This document shows positions 63,662 through 64,000 of a stretch of DNA of 64,000 nucleotides, piece after piece. Each line of letters starts with the position of its first letter. Position 1 is the stretch's first letter. The stretch is taken from the IMG/VR virus record IMGVR_UViG_3300045988_163836, one strand, 5' to 3'. Under the pieces are notes generated by a model, which did no database searches, was not told where the DNA came from, and was given only the letters and a program-made list of their open reading frames with translations. The translations under genes and the position numbers were made by a program. The DNA is from a virus.

Positions 63662-64000
63662 ATGACTATTGTGGCTCTTGTTATTGGCATTATTCTTATT
63701 ATTGTTGGTGTCATGCTTAATTTAAGATATGGCTCTTATGAAGGAAAAGGCGTAGGCTGGGTAGCAATCGGCGGTATCCTTGCATTTGTTGCAGCTGTTG
63801 GCATTATTGTTTGTGCTCTATCAATTAGTAAAGTGCCTGAATACAATAAGAAAATTGAAGTATATGAAACTGAAATGCAAACCATCCAAGTGACAATTAA
63901 TGATGTAGTCGCTAATTATCTTGACCACGAAAAAGATACCTATGCTGCATTGACTCCTGAAAATGCTGTTATTTTCGCATCTATTTATCCTGAATTGTCC
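63661..64000 (+). CDS. Membrane protein, partial (continues past the window end).
   Basis: The ATG at 63661 overlaps the upstream stop. Hydrophobic N-terminus MTIVALVIGIILIIVGVMLNL... Confidence 0.45.

Overview
This window is a phage (or prophage) genome segment that is split into two halves using different genetic codes.

**Late half (about 1..37250, minus strand, very AT-rich).** This is one long late/structural module. The six-frame track shatters it into short ORFs because it contains many in-frame TAG codons. TAA and TGA still act as stops here. If TAG is read as a sense codon (most likely Gln, genetic code 15), the fragments fuse into long genes with coherent start/stop overlaps and RBSs. 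Recognisable products, in transcription order, are:
- two small TAG-free regulatory ORFs
- a DNA-packaging-associated protein
- large terminase (TerL)
- portal protein
- a GTG-initiated prohead protease/scaffold-like protein
- major capsid protein
- head-tail connector proteins
- major tail protein
- tail assembly chaperone
- a ~3100-aa tape measure protein
- three ~1100-1200-aa distal tail / fiber proteins

**Early half (about 37300..64000, plus strand).** This half is read with the standard code. TAG is used as a genuine stop at least twice here. It contains about 55 small early genes driven by many near-consensus sigma70 promoters (TTGACA-17-TATAAT), a conserved leader/RBS motif, and terminator-promoter cassettes. 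From about 52 kb onward a second, very AT-rich conserved promoter class appears.

Recognisable early functions are:
- an AbrB/MazE-like regulator
- a nucleoside 2-deoxyribosyltransferase-like protein plus a HAD phosphatase
- a DEDDh 3'-5' exonuclease
- an OB-domain RNA ligase (Rnl2/Rnl5-like)
- an RHH regulator
- several tandem paralog families and a duplicated two-gene module

Two AT-rich islands inside the standard-code early region carry homing endonucleases, one HNH and one GIY-YIG. Both are only full-length if TAG is decoded as sense. An iteron/palindrome array lies next to them.

No suppressor tRNA, RF or rRNA gene could be recognised in the window by eye. All coordinates of recoded genes are hand-derived and approximate.
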